The notes under the pieces are model-generated. The model saw only the letters and a program-made list of their open reading frames with translations, ran no database searches and was not told the DNA's origin. 64,000 bases of DNA, from positions 1-64,000 of the forward strand of contig JAVJSW010000008.1 of NCBI GenBank assembly GCA_040219255.1. The letters run 5' to 3'. The DNA is from Sumerlaeia bacterium (GTDB lineage: Bacteria > Sumerlaeota > Sumerlaeia > SLMS01 > JAHLLQ01). This document shows, piece by piece, positions 53,938-64,000 of the stretch; positions within the stretch are counted from its first letter, which is position 1; the number at the start of each line of letters is the position of its first letter. The translations under genes were made by a program, and so were the position numbers.

Positions 53938-55035
53938 TCAGGCCGGTTTGATGGGATGCTGCGAATCGACGATCTGGTAGGGCACGGGTTCGCCGCAGCC
54001 GGGGCAGGCTTTCCCGTCCTGAAGCTCGGTCAGGATCGTTCCCGCTGTGCCGCGCCGAACCAGCGGCCGATGACATTTGAGGCAACGCGTGTCCATCAGG
54101 CCCAGGTCTGGATCGTCGACGTAGACGACGGGCACGTGCTCGGAGAGGAGGCCATGGGCGGTGGCGAGGGCTTCGCGGCTGGTTTCCTCGCCCTGCCATT
54201 GGAAGCGCTTGCGCAGGCCGAGGAGCAGAACGGGAACCCGCCCTTGAGAGACTTCGGCGAGCCAGGTGCCGAATTGCAGCAGTTCCTCCATCCAACGGTC
54301 GTGTTCCTCGATGACGAGGTAGGTGGCTTCGACGTGCTTCTCGGCGGTCAGGGAGACTTCGAGATTCCGCATGGCGGTGCGCAAGTTGCCGCCGGCGGTG
54401 CGTGAGAGGAATTCGGCGTCGAAGCCCTTGAAGCCGAAGGTCACGGCGGAGGTGACTTCGAGCATGTCGCGGAAGGGTTCGCGGCACCACATGCCGGAGG
54501 TGGCGAGGTGGGTTTTTAGGCTTTGCTCCTTGGCCTGCTCAAAGACGTCGAAGACGAATTCGTGGGCGGGGGCCGGTTCGTTGACCCCAAAGGCCACGCC
54601 GAGGGCGCCGTTTTCTTTGGCCGACAGGACGGCTTCGCCGGGAGTGAGGGGCGAGGTCTGGGTGCCGCCGAGTTGACTGAACTTGGCGGTGTTACAGAAG
54701 GTGCAGCGCATCGTGCAGCCGCGCTGGGCTAAGAGGAGCCACTTGCCTCCCGGCGCGTAATGATACAGCGGTAAGGCGTCCGAGGCGGCCAGGAACCGGC
54801 CCGCCACCCGGCCATAGTTGTCGCAGTAGAGCACCCCCCCCCGATTGGTGCGCACGCCGCAATTGCCCGACCGCGAGGGCGCTACGCTGCACAGGTGGGG
54901 ACAGAGGCGGCAGTTGACCGTTTCCCATTCGGCGCAATCGCCGTATCGGGACTTGGCTGCTTCGGGATAGGAGGACATGCGGACTCGATCGTGGGGCGGC
55001 GAACCGCCGGGGGTGGAACGCTCAATGTCCGTCAA
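53938..55035 (-). CDS. AmmeMemoRadiSam-type radical SAM protein
   Basis: N-terminal C..CPH.C......G.CGVR, PLYHY.PG, CTMRCTFC and C-terminal Cys pairs. Confidence 0.8.
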   Translation of the reverse strand: MTDIERSTPGGSPPHDRVRMSSYPEAAKSRYGDCAEWETVNCRLCPHLCSVAPSRSGNCGVRTNRGGVLYCDNYGRVAGRFLAASDALPLYHYAPGGKWLLLAQRGCTMRCTFCNTAKFSQLGGTQTSPLTPGEAVLSAKENGALGVAFGVNEPAPAHEFVFDVFEQAKEQSLKTHLATSGMWCREPFRDMLEVTSAVTFGFKGFDAEFLSRTAGGNLRTAMRNLEVSLTAEKHVEATYLVIEEHDRWMEELLQFGTWLAEVSQGRVPVLLLGLRKRFQWQGEETSREALATAHGLLSEHVPVVYVDDPDLGLMDTRCLKCHRPLVRRGTAGTILTELQDGKACPGCGEPVPYQIVDSQHPIKPA

Positions 55036-55114
55036 GAAGCGGAAAAAGTCAAGGTGACGACCGCGAAAGCACGCCTAAATGAAAACCCGAAGTTGCCGAT
55101 GGAAACTGGCTCGA

Positions 55115-56383
55115 TCAGATCGTATGAACCATCATGGCGTCGCGCAACTTGGGCTCGAACCAGGTGGACTTGGGCGGCATGATGCCCCCTTCGTCGGCGA
55201 TGGCCATCAGGTCCTCGACCGAAGTGGGGAACATGGCGAAGGCAACGGCGTACTGGCCGCCGTCGACCAGCTTGACGAGTTCCCGGGGGCCGCGGATGCC
55301 GCCGATGAACGCGATGCGGTCGCTCGTGCGGGGGTCGTCGATGCCCAGCAGCGGGGTCAGGACATGGCGCTGCAAGACGGCGACATCGAGCCGGTCGGCC
55401 TCCGTGGCAGCCTTGGCCGCGTCTTCCGACCATCGCACCGTGTACCACTTGCCGGCAAAATACATCGTCATCTCGCCCTTTTCCGTGGGGAGCAACGAGT
55501 CGTCCGGGGTGCCTTCTTCGACTTCGGCGACGCCTTCGAGCTTCTTCATGAAGACTTCCGGCGTGAGTCCGTTCAGGTTCTTGACGACGCGGTTGTAGCC
55601 GAGGATCTGCATTTGGTTGTGGGGAAAGGTGACGGTGAGAAAGTAGGCGACGGCGTCTTTGGCGACGAGATCGCGCGAGCCGCCGGATTCCTCCTGTGTG
55701 GCGGTCTTGGCGCGCTGGCGGAAGACACGGGCGGCGGCGGCGCTGCGGTGGTGGCCGTCGGCGATATAGAGAGCCGGAACGCGTTGAAAGGCGCTTTCGA
55801 TTTTCTTGACCTCCGCCGGATCGGAAATCACCCAGGCGGTGTGGCGGATGCCGTCGTTGGCGGTGAAGTCCACAACCGGATTGTCGGCGGCGGCTTCGGC
55901 CAGGAGCAGGTCGGTTTCGGGCGTGGAACGGAAGGTGAGGAAGACGGGGCCGGTCTGGGCGCCGGTGATTTCGATGTGGCGGGTGCGGTCGTCTTCCTTA
56001 TCGGGGCGCGTCAACTCGTGCTTCTTGACGATGCCCCGGTCGTATTCGGTGCAGCTCGCGACAGCGACGAGGCCAAGCTGTTCATGTGAACCCATAACAA
56101 GGCGGTAGAGGTAATAGCAGGGCTTCTCCTCGCGGAGGAGCGCGCCGTTGGCGATGAGTTCCTTCAGGTTGCGGGCGGCCAGCTCGTACGCCTCGTCGGA
56201 GTGTGCGTCGGCGCCTTCGGGCATTTCGATTTCCGGGCGGGTGACGCGCAGGAACGAGAGCGGATTGCCCTCGGCCATGACGCGAGCCTCGTCGGCGCTC
56301 ATGACGTCGTAAGGAGGGGTGCAGATCTGTTGCGCTTTCGCGGGATCGGGACGCAGGGCGCGGAAAGGTTTGAGAGTGGCCAC
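55115..56383 (-). CDS. DUF1015 family protein
   Basis: PPYDV, IVKKHELTR.DKE.DR, YIADGHHR and MPPKSTWFEPKL motifs. Confidence 0.92.
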   Translation of the reverse strand: MATLKPFRALRPDPAKAQQICTPPYDVMSADEARVMAEGNPLSFLRVTRPEIEMPEGADAHSDEAYELAARNLKELIANGALLREEKPCYYLYRLVMGSHEQLGLVAVASCTEYDRGIVKKHELTRPDKEDDRTRHIEITGAQTGPVFLTFRSTPETDLLLAEAAADNPVVDFTANDGIRHTAWVISDPAEVKKIESAFQRVPALYIADGHHRSAAAARVFRQRAKTATQEESGGSRDLVAKDAVAYFLTVTFPHNQMQILGYNRVVKNLNGLTPEVFMKKLEGVAEVEEGTPDDSLLPTEKGEMTMYFAGKWYTVRWSEDAAKAATEADRLDVAVLQRHVLTPLLGIDDPRTSDRIAFIGGIRGPRELVKLVDGGQYAVAFAMFPTSVEDLMAIADEGGIMPPKSTWFEPKLRDAMMVHTI

Positions 56384-56537
56384 GGCGAAGAGAGTCCTTC
56401 CGGAGTGTGACTTGCCCATTCGGTGTGGTTTGGTAAGCACCGGCCCCGTCAGGCGGCAAGGGAGAATCGCGGGGGAGAAATGCCGGATCGGTAAAACAAA
56501 AGAGAAACTGGGGGCTGAGGCGGACGAAACATCAAGC

Positions 56538-57518
56538 TCAGGCGACAGGTCCACGCAAAATTTTATCGGCGAAGTCCTCAATCAGAGACTCGATTTCCGC
56601 CCGCCGCGCCAGAACGGCCAGCCAATCGGCGGGCAATCCACCTTCGCCATAAAAGGCTCCGGCCAGCCCGCCCGCCACCGTTCCCGTGGTGTCCGTGTCC
56701 TCGCCCAGGTTCACGGCGCGCAGCACGCACTCGGCATAACCGCCAGTGGTCAAAAAGCACCACAGGGCTGCCTCCAGCGTGTGCATCACATAGCCGCCGG
56801 ACCCGATGTGGCTCTCTGGCAGGGCCAGCCACTGGGCCAACGAACGCTCGAGCCGCGGACGAAAGTGGGTGTCCTCCCCGGGGCAGTGCTGCTCGATCCA
56901 GGCGAGTCCATCGGCCCGGGCGCGATCCCACGCGGCTTCCTTGCCCTCGCCCGCAAGCAGAGCCCGCACCATGGCGCAGTAAACCACGCAGGCTCCGACC
57001 GAGCGCGGGTGCGCGTGGGTCAGGCGGGAGGCGACGGAGGCAGCCTGTGCCAAATCGGCGAAGGATCCATGATGCCAGAAAAGCGCCACCGGCATCGTCC
57101 GCATCAGCGAGCCGTTGCCGTTGCTGTGTTGGTCCGTGGCCCCCGCTTCGCGCGGGTCCGCGACGGACCCGTATCGCCGAAGCGCCCCCGCCGTCGTGAC
57201 GCCGATGTCGAAGACTTCGCCGTGCGGAGTCCAGAGGGCCTCGTCATACCAGGCGCGGAATAGATCGGCGGCCCGGCGCCACCACTCACCCGCGCCGCCG
57301 GTCTCAGTGAGGGCCTGAGTCAGGCAGAGCATCATCGACGTGTCGTCGGACCACGTACCGGCGGGCTGGTCGTGTGTACCGAAGGCGCGCATGCTGGTGA
57401 CGGGATTTCGCTGGACCGCGGCACGGGATTGAAACTCGACGGGAACGCCGAGCGCATCGCCGAGGGCGGCTCCAAGGATGGCCGCCCGAAGGCGTTCGGT
57501 GAGGTGCGAGTGGGACAT
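56538..57518 (-). CDS. ADP-ribosylglycohydrolase
   Basis: GDALGVPVEF, GTWSDDT, GNGSLMR and GEDTDT motifs. Confidence 0.93.
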   Translation of the reverse strand: MSHSHLTERLRAAILGAALGDALGVPVEFQSRAAVQRNPVTSMRAFGTHDQPAGTWSDDTSMMLCLTQALTETGGAGEWWRRAADLFRAWYDEALWTPHGEVFDIGVTTAGALRRYGSVADPREAGATDQHSNGNGSLMRTMPVALFWHHGSFADLAQAASVASRLTHAHPRSVGACVVYCAMVRALLAGEGKEAAWDRARADGLAWIEQHCPGEDTHFRPRLERSLAQWLALPESHIGSGGYVMHTLEAALWCFLTTGGYAECVLRAVNLGEDTDTTGTVAGGLAGAFYGEGGLPADWLAVLARRAEIESLIEDFADKILRGPVA

Positions 57519-57669
57519 GGCGGAGAAGCCCTCTTCCTTCACAGTGTACCTATTACACCGTATTTCGGTCCGCCTGTCAATCGCCTTCAACCTTGCCCTC
57601 CATCAGGTCCTGGCCAGAGGCTTGGTGGTTGATTGCTGCACTGAGGGGGCTCGGTTTCCCGTTCCTGTG

Positions 57670-58665
57670 ATGAAAAAGCACCGCAAGAAGTTACTCTCGC
57701 TCCTGGTTTCCGCAACCCTGTTGGGGCTGCTCATATCCAGTGTGGACCGGGGCGCGCTGCTCCAGGTGATCGGGGGGGCGAACCTGTGGTGGTTCGCGCT
57801 GGCGCTGGCGATGTTCATTCCGCAGACGCTGGCCATCGCGCACCGGTGGAGCCTGATCGTCGAACCGATCGCGCCCATTTCCGAGCGGGAAGCGGGACGG
57901 CAGGTCCTGGCGTCGTCGTGCCTGAATCTGGTGCTGCCGAGCAAACTGGGAGATCTGGCGAAGGGGGTCTTCCTGTATCGCCAGGGCCGTTGCCGTTTCG
58001 AGGACGGGTTGCAGATCGTGGTGTTCGAGAAGTTGCTGGATTTGGCGGCGCTGTCGGGTCTGATGGTCATTGGGTGGCTCATCGCGCCGCGGAGCGACTG
58101 GTGGGTGCTGGCGACGCTGGGGCTGGGCCTGGTGGTGATGGGGGCGGTCTGGACGATTTACTTCGTCAAGCGAGGCGGTAGCGTGGTGGAGGGTGTTCTG
58201 CCGGGGTTTGTGACAAAGCACCCGAAATTCGGCAAACTCGATGGTCTCCTCAAGGCGGGACCGCGTGTGATGGCGCTGATCCACGGCGACGCCCGGCGCA
58301 AGTGGAGCATCGTGGCCTGGAGCTTCACCATCTGGCTGCTGCACCTGGCGCAGATCGCGTTCTTCTTTTTCTGCCTGAGGGCGGACGCCGGGTTCTTCGA
58401 AGTGCTGGCGCGGGTTCCCATCGCGATTTTCGCGGGTCTGTTGCCCCTGGCCATCGCGGGGGTGGGCGTGCGGGACTGGGCCATCGTGGCGATCTTCGGC
58501 TCGGCCACGAATCCGAGGGCGGTGCTGGTCGGCGTGGGATTGCTGGTCTCGCTCCGCTATGTGATTCCCGCGGCGGCGGGGCTCTTGTTTTTCAACCGCT
58601 ATCTGGGCGCGGCGCGGGAAGCCCAGGAGAAGCTGAGCGATTCGCCGTCGAAGGAGCCCACCTGA
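57670..58665 (+). CDS. LPG_synthase_TM / flippase-like membrane protein
   Basis: RW, N.VLPSKLGD.AK, EKLLD and LP..IAG.GVRD motifs. Confidence 0.85.
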   Translation: MKKHRKKLLSLLVSATLLGLLISSVDRGALLQVIGGANLWWFALALAMFIPQTLAIAHRWSLIVEPIAPISEREAGRQVLASSCLNLVLPSKLGDLAKGVFLYRQGRCRFEDGLQIVVFEKLLDLAALSGLMVIGWLIAPRSDWWVLATLGLGLVVMGAVWTIYFVKRGGSVVEGVLPGFVTKHPKFGKLDGLLKAGPRVMALIHGDARRKWSIVAWSFTIWLLHLAQIAFFFFCLRADAGFFEVLARVPIAIFAGLLPLAIAGVGVRDWAIVAIFGSATNPRAVLVGVGLLVSLRYVIPAAAGLLFFNRYLGAAREAQEKLSDSPSKEPT

Positions 58666-58672
58666 TCGTCCC

Positions 58673-60652
58673 ATGCCCGACTTCCCCAAGCACAGCACGC
58701 TCTGGGCGCGATTCCTTGTCTTCCTCGGGTTGGCCGGACTGGGCCTGTTCTGGCTCCTGACAATTCCCGAGGACTCCTTCATTTTCCGGTGGGACCGGGC
58801 GATATTCCAGCTCATCAACGCGGCCGTCGGCCGCAGCGCCGTGCTCGACTGGTCGCTGCTGGTGACCGGCAGCCGGGGGTGGTACTACGGGTCGCTGGGG
58901 GCCATGCTGGCCTTTGCCATGTATCAGGCGTGGCGAACGCGGGCGCGGCATCATGGCCGGCGTTTCGGTTACCTGCTTTGCGCCGGGCTGCTGGCATTGG
59001 CGGCCGAGGAAATCGCCGATGAAGCGAGCGACCTCTTTCCCCGGCCAGCGCCATGGGTCGCGCAGGCGGAGACCTGGAACGAAGTCGCCGTCCGCGCGGA
59101 AATGAAGGATTTCCTCGATTATGGCCCCACCGACCGGGTGCCGGATGAAAACTTCGTGGCGTGGTTTTTCGTCGTGCTCATGCTGCTGCCGCGCATGCCC
59201 CGCACCGCATCCATCACGTTGGGCCTGCTGGCGTTGTACACGGCCAGTCACCTGATCCTGGGCACGGAGTGGACGACCACGTTCGTCAGCTCCGTGTTCT
59301 TCGCGTCGGCCCTGACGGGCGTGATTCTGTTTCTCCTGGGCGGCCCCATCGAATGGACCGAGCGCAAAGCGGAGAAGCTGTTCGCCGCCGCGCTGCCGAG
59401 CGAGCTGCTGCGCAGCGATCTGCGCAAAGCGCTGGAGGCCCGAGACGCGGAATGGCAAGCGGCGCTCCGTGTGGCCTATCAGTCCCAGGACCGGCAGAAA
59501 ATCCGGCGCAAGGAACGTTTCTGGCACGAGTTGGTTGGCGGCCGTGTCCTCCCGCTGCTGGGCCATTCGGGGGAACCGTTCACCCTTTCGAACAAACCAC
59601 CGGGTCCGAAACGGGAGGGCATGCAGCCGAGCCGCTACGTTCGGTTCTTGACCTATGGCGAAGAAAAGCAGACGGTCGTTGTCAAGGCGGCGGCGGCGGC
59701 GCGGCTGCCTTGGTCCCGGCCGTCGCGCCTGGCGCGCTACCTGCGCAGCGTGGAGAGTCAACTTTATCTCGAGCGCCTCGGATTCCCAGTGGCCCGGACG
59801 TATTTCTGCGAGGACATGATGAGCCGCTTCGGGCTGCGCGAGTCGGTCCTGATCATCGAGGACTACCTGTCCGGCTCACACCTGCCGCTCGAAGACTTCG
59901 AGACGAAGCGGGAGGCGATCCGGCTTCTGGCCCGCATGCACCAGGTGCGGCGGCAGAACTGGGGCGCCCTCTCGGCCGGCCCGGAGGAAGAACTGACCCG
60001 CGCCAGCTATGTGTCGATTTTTCTGCGGCGAGAAGTCATCTACGCCCTGCGGCGGATGGAGCGGCACTTTGGCGTCTCGCTGGATGGCGAAACGCGCGAG
60101 GAAATCTGGCACTTGTTCGAAGGCGAAGCGGGGGCGTTGCTCTCCGAACCGGACTTGGCGTTCCGGCTGATCCACGGTGATGTGAGTGTCCGCAATTTCT
60201 TGAAGAGCACCGACGGGACGGTGCGCATGATTGACTTCGTGACGGTCGCATTCGACCTGCCGGGCATTGAAATCGTGCGGGCGCCGCTCGTTTTCACCGA
60301 GGCGAAGAGCAAAAAGAAAGGCCGCCCCAAAGAGTTGTCCCCGCTGTGGACGGCCTATTTCGAGGAGGCGGGCGCGCAAGCCTACGAGCGTTTCACCCGC
60401 CAGTCGCGGCTGGCGCTGGCGAGGTTTTCGCTGCGGGAACTGGCTTGGGGACGGGCCCGCCTTGAGGAAGAAAAGCCGGATGCGGCGACCCTTGTCTCCT
60501 GGATCCGCCAACTGTTCGCCGCCGATCCGCGTAGTCTCTGGGGCGGCCAACCGGAAGAAGCGGACTGGTCAGCCGTTCTGCGGATTCTGGGATGGAACCG
60601 GGAAGAACCTTCCACGTCAAAAACTATCCGCCCCGCGCCATTACCCGATTGA
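58673..60652 (+). CDS. degenerate PAP2-like membrane domain fused to an APH/WaaP-type kinase domain
   Basis: D.AIF.LIN, FPRPAP and LILG.EW in the N-terminal half; LIHGDVSVRNFL and MIDF in the C-terminal half. Confidence 0.75.
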   Translation: MPDFPKHSTLWARFLVFLGLAGLGLFWLLTIPEDSFIFRWDRAIFQLINAAVGRSAVLDWSLLVTGSRGWYYGSLGAMLAFAMYQAWRTRARHHGRRFGYLLCAGLLALAAEEIADEASDLFPRPAPWVAQAETWNEVAVRAEMKDFLDYGPTDRVPDENFVAWFFVVLMLLPRMPRTASITLGLLALYTASHLILGTEWTTTFVSSVFFASALTGVILFLLGGPIEWTERKAEKLFAAALPSELLRSDLRKALEARDAEWQAALRVAYQSQDRQKIRRKERFWHELVGGRVLPLLGHSGEPFTLSNKPPGPKREGMQPSRYVRFLTYGEEKQTVVVKAAAAARLPWSRPSRLARYLRSVESQLYLERLGFPVARTYFCEDMMSRFGLRESVLIIEDYLSGSHLPLEDFETKREAIRLLARMHQVRRQNWGALSAGPEEELTRASYVSIFLRREVIYALRRMERHFGVSLDGETREEIWHLFEGEAGALLSEPDLAFRLIHGDVSVRNFLKSTDGTVRMIDFVTVAFDLPGIEIVRAPLVFTEAKSKKKGRPKELSPLWTAYFEEAGAQAYERFTRQSRLALARFSLRELAWGRARLEEEKPDAATLVSWIRQLFAADPRSLWGGQPEEADWSAVLRILGWNREEPSTSKTIRPAPLPD

Positions 60653-60664
60653 GGTTCTATCACA

Positions 60665-61657
60665 ATGATTGCCAGCGTTCCCGACACATCGAATCGATTC
60701 GACCGAAAGCTCCGTGGACATGGTCTGAGTCTGGAGAGAGCCAGACTCGAGGTGCTGCAAGTCAACGTCGGGCGGCTCTGCAATCAGACCTGCCGCCATT
60801 GCCACGTCAACGCCGGACCAACGCGTACCGAACTGATGAGCATGGAGGTGGCGGAGGCGGCCATTGCCTGGCTGGACAAAGTGCCGACGATCCACACGCT
60901 GGACATCACCGGCGGAGCGCCGGAGATGGCTCCGTGCTTTCGCCGGCTGGCGGAAGCCGGGGCGGAGCGCGGCAAGAAAGTGATCGACCGCTGCAACCTG
61001 ACGATCCTGACGGAGCCCGGATACGAGGATCTGGCGGATTTCCTCGCCCGCCATCGAGTCGCCGTGATCGCCTCCCTCCCCTGCTATTCGGCGGCGAACG
61101 TGGATAAGCAGCGGGGTGACGGGGTGTTCGAGCGCTCGATCGCCGGGCTGCGGACGCTCAACGCCCTCGGCTATGGTCAGGCGGAGGGCGAGCCGGGGCA
61201 GGGCGCTCTGCGGTTGGATCTCGTTTACAACCCCATCGGGCCGAAACTTCCGCCGAGCCAGAAGGCCCTGGAGGCGGCCTATCGGCAGAAACTGAAGGCG
61301 GACTTCGGCATCGTCTTCGACCGATTGCTGACGATTACCAACCTGCCCGTGGGCCGGTTCCGCAGCGCCCTGCACCGCAGCGGCGAGTTGGAGGGATACG
61401 TCGATCTCCTCGACGACAACTTCAACCCCTGCGCCGTGGCGGGGTTGATGTGCCGCAATCACCTGTCGGTGGATTATCGGGGCTATCTGTACGATTGCGA
61501 TTTCAATCAGATGACGGACCTGCCGATCGGCGGGTCGCCGCTGAATATTCTAGAAACGACACCCGAGGAGGTGGCCCGGCGCCGGATCGCGACGGCGGAC
61601 CACTGTCTCGGTTGCACCTCGGGCGCCGGTTCGTCCTGTGGGGGTTCTCTGGCCTAG
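60665..61657 (+). CDS. arsS: radical SAM protein, ArsS/DUF3641 family
   Basis: LQVNVGRLCNQTCRHCHV, DITGGAPE, LMCR, LYDCDFNQM and HC.GCT.G.GSSCGG motifs. Confidence 0.88.
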   Translation: MIASVPDTSNRFDRKLRGHGLSLERARLEVLQVNVGRLCNQTCRHCHVNAGPTRTELMSMEVAEAAIAWLDKVPTIHTLDITGGAPEMAPCFRRLAEAGAERGKKVIDRCNLTILTEPGYEDLADFLARHRVAVIASLPCYSAANVDKQRGDGVFERSIAGLRTLNALGYGQAEGEPGQGALRLDLVYNPIGPKLPPSQKALEAAYRQKLKADFGIVFDRLLTITNLPVGRFRSALHRSGELEGYVDLLDDNFNPCAVAGLMCRNHLSVDYRGYLYDCDFNQMTDLPIGGSPLNILETTPEEVARRRIATADHCLGCTSGAGSSCGGSLA

Positions 61658-61700
61658 AGTCTTATCGGAGGCTTGCCCGCTCCATGATTCTTCAAGGAAA

Positions 61701-62004
61701 TCACCGCAGAGGCGCAGAGAACGCAGAGAAGATTGGTGCCTTTGAAGGTGACTGGAACAATGGGAATGCTCCGATTCCTGGCTGGGCAACTGGGATATCG
61801 CAGCCGGTTCTCTTGAAACAGGGACCAAGGACAAGAAAAGACGACAGATTCTCCGCCACTTCGCAAGGTATTGCAGAAATCAGGGTTTGGGAGTTGGCGA
61901 CAGATTGCCTATTTCTATGGAGTTGGCCCAACAGGCCATCCATTTCTGCCACTCCTTTTGAATGATCTCTGTGGAACTTCTGTCTTCCGTGCCCATTGTG
62001 GTGA
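61701..62004. repeat. intergenic element with imperfect inverted ends (REP/MITE-like)
   Basis: TCACCGCAGAGGCGCAGAGAACGCAGAG at the left end versus CTCTGTG...TGTGGTGA at the right end; lower-GC interior. Confidence 0.5.
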
Positions 62005-62016
62005 AGGATCGCGGGC

Positions 62017-63297
62017 CTACTTCATCGGCAGCGTCTGCTCGCGGTCCGGGCCGATGCTGACCATCGAGATGGGCGTGTCGAGGGCATGCGAAACCCTGTC
62101 GAGGTAGCGAAGAGCCTCAACCGGCAGATCTTCCGTCGTCTTGGCGTTACTCGTCTGGCATTTCCAGCCCTGGTGCGTTTCGTAGGAGGGACGGGAAGCC
62201 TCGACGGCGTCGGCGCCGAAGGGGATCAGTTCGGCTTCCGAGGCGTCGGCCAGGATGTATCTGTCGCAGACTTCAACAGTATCGAAGTCGTCGAGAACAT
62301 CGAGTTTCGTGACGACCATTTCGGTGCAACCACAGATCTGGACGGCGCGACGGACGACCGGCAGGTCGAGCCAGCCGCAGCGGCGGGCGCGGCCCGTGGT
62401 AGCGCCGTATTCGCCGCCGGCTTCGCGCAGGCGTTCGCCTTCGGCGCCGAGCAGTTCGGTGGGGAAGGGGCCTTCGCCGACGCGGGTGGTGTAGGCTTTG
62501 AAAACGCCGACGACGCGTTCGATGTGGCGGGGCGAAATTCCCAAGCCGGTGCAGGCGCCGCCGGGAGTGGGGCTCGACGATGTGACATAGGGATAGGTCC
62601 CATGGTCGATGTCGAGCATGACGCCCTGGGCGCCCTCGCAGAGGACGTTTTCGCCGCGGGCGAGGGACTCGTTCACAAGGGCCACGGTATCGCCCACCAG
62701 GGGCGCCAGGCGGTCGGCGCAGGCGGTCAGTTGCTCGAGGGCCTGCTCCGTATTGGCGGGCTGGATTTCATAGACTTTGCGAAGAAATTCGCCGTGGAAC
62801 TCGGCGAGGGCGCGATACTTCTTCACGAATTGATCGCGCCTGCGCAAGTCGCCGAGGCGCAGGCCGACGCGGCGGAATTTGTCGGAGTAGGTCTGACCGA
62901 TGCCGCGCAGAGTGGTGCCGATCTTACGGCCGCCCTTCTGGTGTTCGGCGGCATGGTCGAGTTCCTTGTGGAGAGGCAGGACCATATGAGCCTGCTCGGA
63001 GAGCGTAAGACGGTCGGCGATATCCATGCCCTGCTCGAGAAGTTTGTCGATCTCGCCCGCGAGGCCGAGGACATCGACGACCATGCCGTTGCCGACGATA
63101 TTGCGCACGCCGGGGCGCAGCACGCCGGAGGGCAAGGCGTGGAGGACGAACTTTTTGCCGTTCACGATCACGGTGTGTCCGGCGTTGCTGCCTCCCTGGA
63201 ATCGGGCGACGACGTCGCTGTCGGCGGCGAGGAAGTCAACGATCTTGCCTTTTCCTTCGTCGCCCCATTGGCATCCGATGACCACTGTCGCGGGCAT
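62017..63297 (-). CDS. purA: adenylosuccinate synthetase
   Basis: QWGDEGKGK, GG.NAGHT, EGAQG..LDIDHGTYPYVTSS, GATTGR.RRCGW and TKLDVL motifs. Confidence 0.97.
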   Translation of the reverse strand: MPATVVIGCQWGDEGKGKIVDFLAADSDVVARFQGGSNAGHTVIVNGKKFVLHALPSGVLRPGVRNIVGNGMVVDVLGLAGEIDKLLEQGMDIADRLTLSEQAHMVLPLHKELDHAAEHQKGGRKIGTTLRGIGQTYSDKFRRVGLRLGDLRRRDQFVKKYRALAEFHGEFLRKVYEIQPANTEQALEQLTACADRLAPLVGDTVALVNESLARGENVLCEGAQGVMLDIDHGTYPYVTSSSPTPGGACTGLGISPRHIERVVGVFKAYTTRVGEGPFPTELLGAEGERLREAGGEYGATTGRARRCGWLDLPVVRRAVQICGCTEMVVTKLDVLDDFDTVEVCDRYILADASEAELIPFGADAVEASRPSYETHQGWKCQTSNAKTTEDLPVEALRYLDRVSHALDTPISMVSIGPDREQTLPMK

Positions 63298-63472
63298 GGT
63301 TACGGTTCCTTCGGTAAATAAGCTCGGGCCGCTCAAAGAGAAGCGCCCCAGCGCAGGGCCGGGGCGAGGGACTCGATGCACAGCGCGGCGGGAGTTCGGG
63401 GTGTCTGTCGATAAACGTGAGAAGAGCTATGGAGGGTTTTCCACGGCCACCTGCGGCTTGAGGCCTCAGGCC

Positions 63473-64000
63473 TTACTTCTTCTTTTTCTCGTCCTTGTCC
63501 TGCGGTTCGTCTTCTCCGGCGGGCTCGTCCGCCGGTTTATCCTCGGCTGGCGCCTCGTCTTTGGTGGCGGCTTTGGACTTGGGGTCCGTGATCACTTCGG
63601 CGTTGTCGTCTTCGAAGTCTTCCTCGTCATCGAAGCCGAAATCGTCGTCGAAGGTCGAGAAATCGTCGTCCTCATCGTCCTCAAAGGGTTTGGGACGCAG
63701 GAGGAGATAGAGGATGGCCACGACGACGAAGAGGAGCAGGATGATGACAACGTAGTTGAAGGCGTTGCTCTCGTTTTCCTGGGAGGGCTCGGCGCTGGAG
63801 GAGGGGGCGGAAGCGGGGGCGGCGGTGTCGCGGGCGAGGCCCGGTTTGTCGGCGAGGATGTTCTCGAGAACGCCCCGCTGCTTTTCGATCTGGTTGCGCA
63901 GCGTGGTCGCTTCGCGGCCCAGCGGGCTGTCGCGCAGCAGTTCGTTGTCCGCGTATTGGGAGATCTGCTCGGCGGTGCGTTGCAGTTCGCGGTTGGACTG
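63473..64000 (-). CDS. partial membrane protein (coiled coil, TM, acidic tail); start lies beyond the window
   Basis: Open frame from the window end: QSNRELQRTAEQ...NYVVIILLLFVVVAILYLLLRPK followed by an Asp/Glu-rich tail. Confidence 0.7.
   Translation of the reverse strand, partial: QSNRELQRTAEQISQYADNELLRDSPLGREATTLRNQIEKQRGVLENILADKPGLARDTAAPASAPSSSAEPSQENESNAFNYVVIILLLFVVVAILYLLLRPKPFEDDEDDDFSTFDDDFGFDDEEDFEDDNAEVITDPKSKAATKDEAPAEDKPADEPAGEDEPQDKDEKKKK

Noticed and set aside
61620-61660. Selenocysteine recoding at the ArsS C-terminus
   Set aside because: The codon in SSCGG is TGT (Cys) and the stop is TAG.

Overview
High-GC bacterial DNA, probably Candidatus Sumerlaeota/BRC1. That assignment is an inference from the FTLIELLIVVAIIAILAAIAVPNFLEAQVRSKVSR pilin and from secreted proteins ending W-x-x-Y. 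The window has three parts. (1) ~145-14750 is an accessory island bracketed by two tRNA 3' fragments (tRNA-Pro at 145-191 on the minus strand; tRNA-Ser at 14733-14752 on the plus strand, with tandem arm-like repeats). It carries an FG-GAP/Ig adhesin, two orphan CARF genes, a 5'-truncated cas2, a leader, a 37-bp-repeat CRISPR array, and an unknown gene coupled to a RecQ-like helicase. In the array, two 'spacers' are 2310 bp and 748 bp of lower-GC, phage-like DNA. They start and end mid-gene exactly at repeat edges and contain whole genes, including a poly-gamma-glutamate hydrolase. This is the most striking observation; a spacer/protospacer misassembly is the main alternative explanation. (2) ~14850-46070 is an amino-sugar/glycan utilisation region (AGE epimerase, NagB fusion, GH38, GHL10, DUF4434, NAGPA-type glycosidase, ABC transporter, LacI). 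A repeated TGCAA-N4-TTGCA operator links it and also precedes a pilin-like gene and several uncharacterised secreted proteins. (3) 46100-64000 holds envelope and housekeeping genes (GT-C transferases, yegS-like kinase, ddl, radical SAM enzymes, purA). All calls are from reading motifs by eye; no database searches were run.
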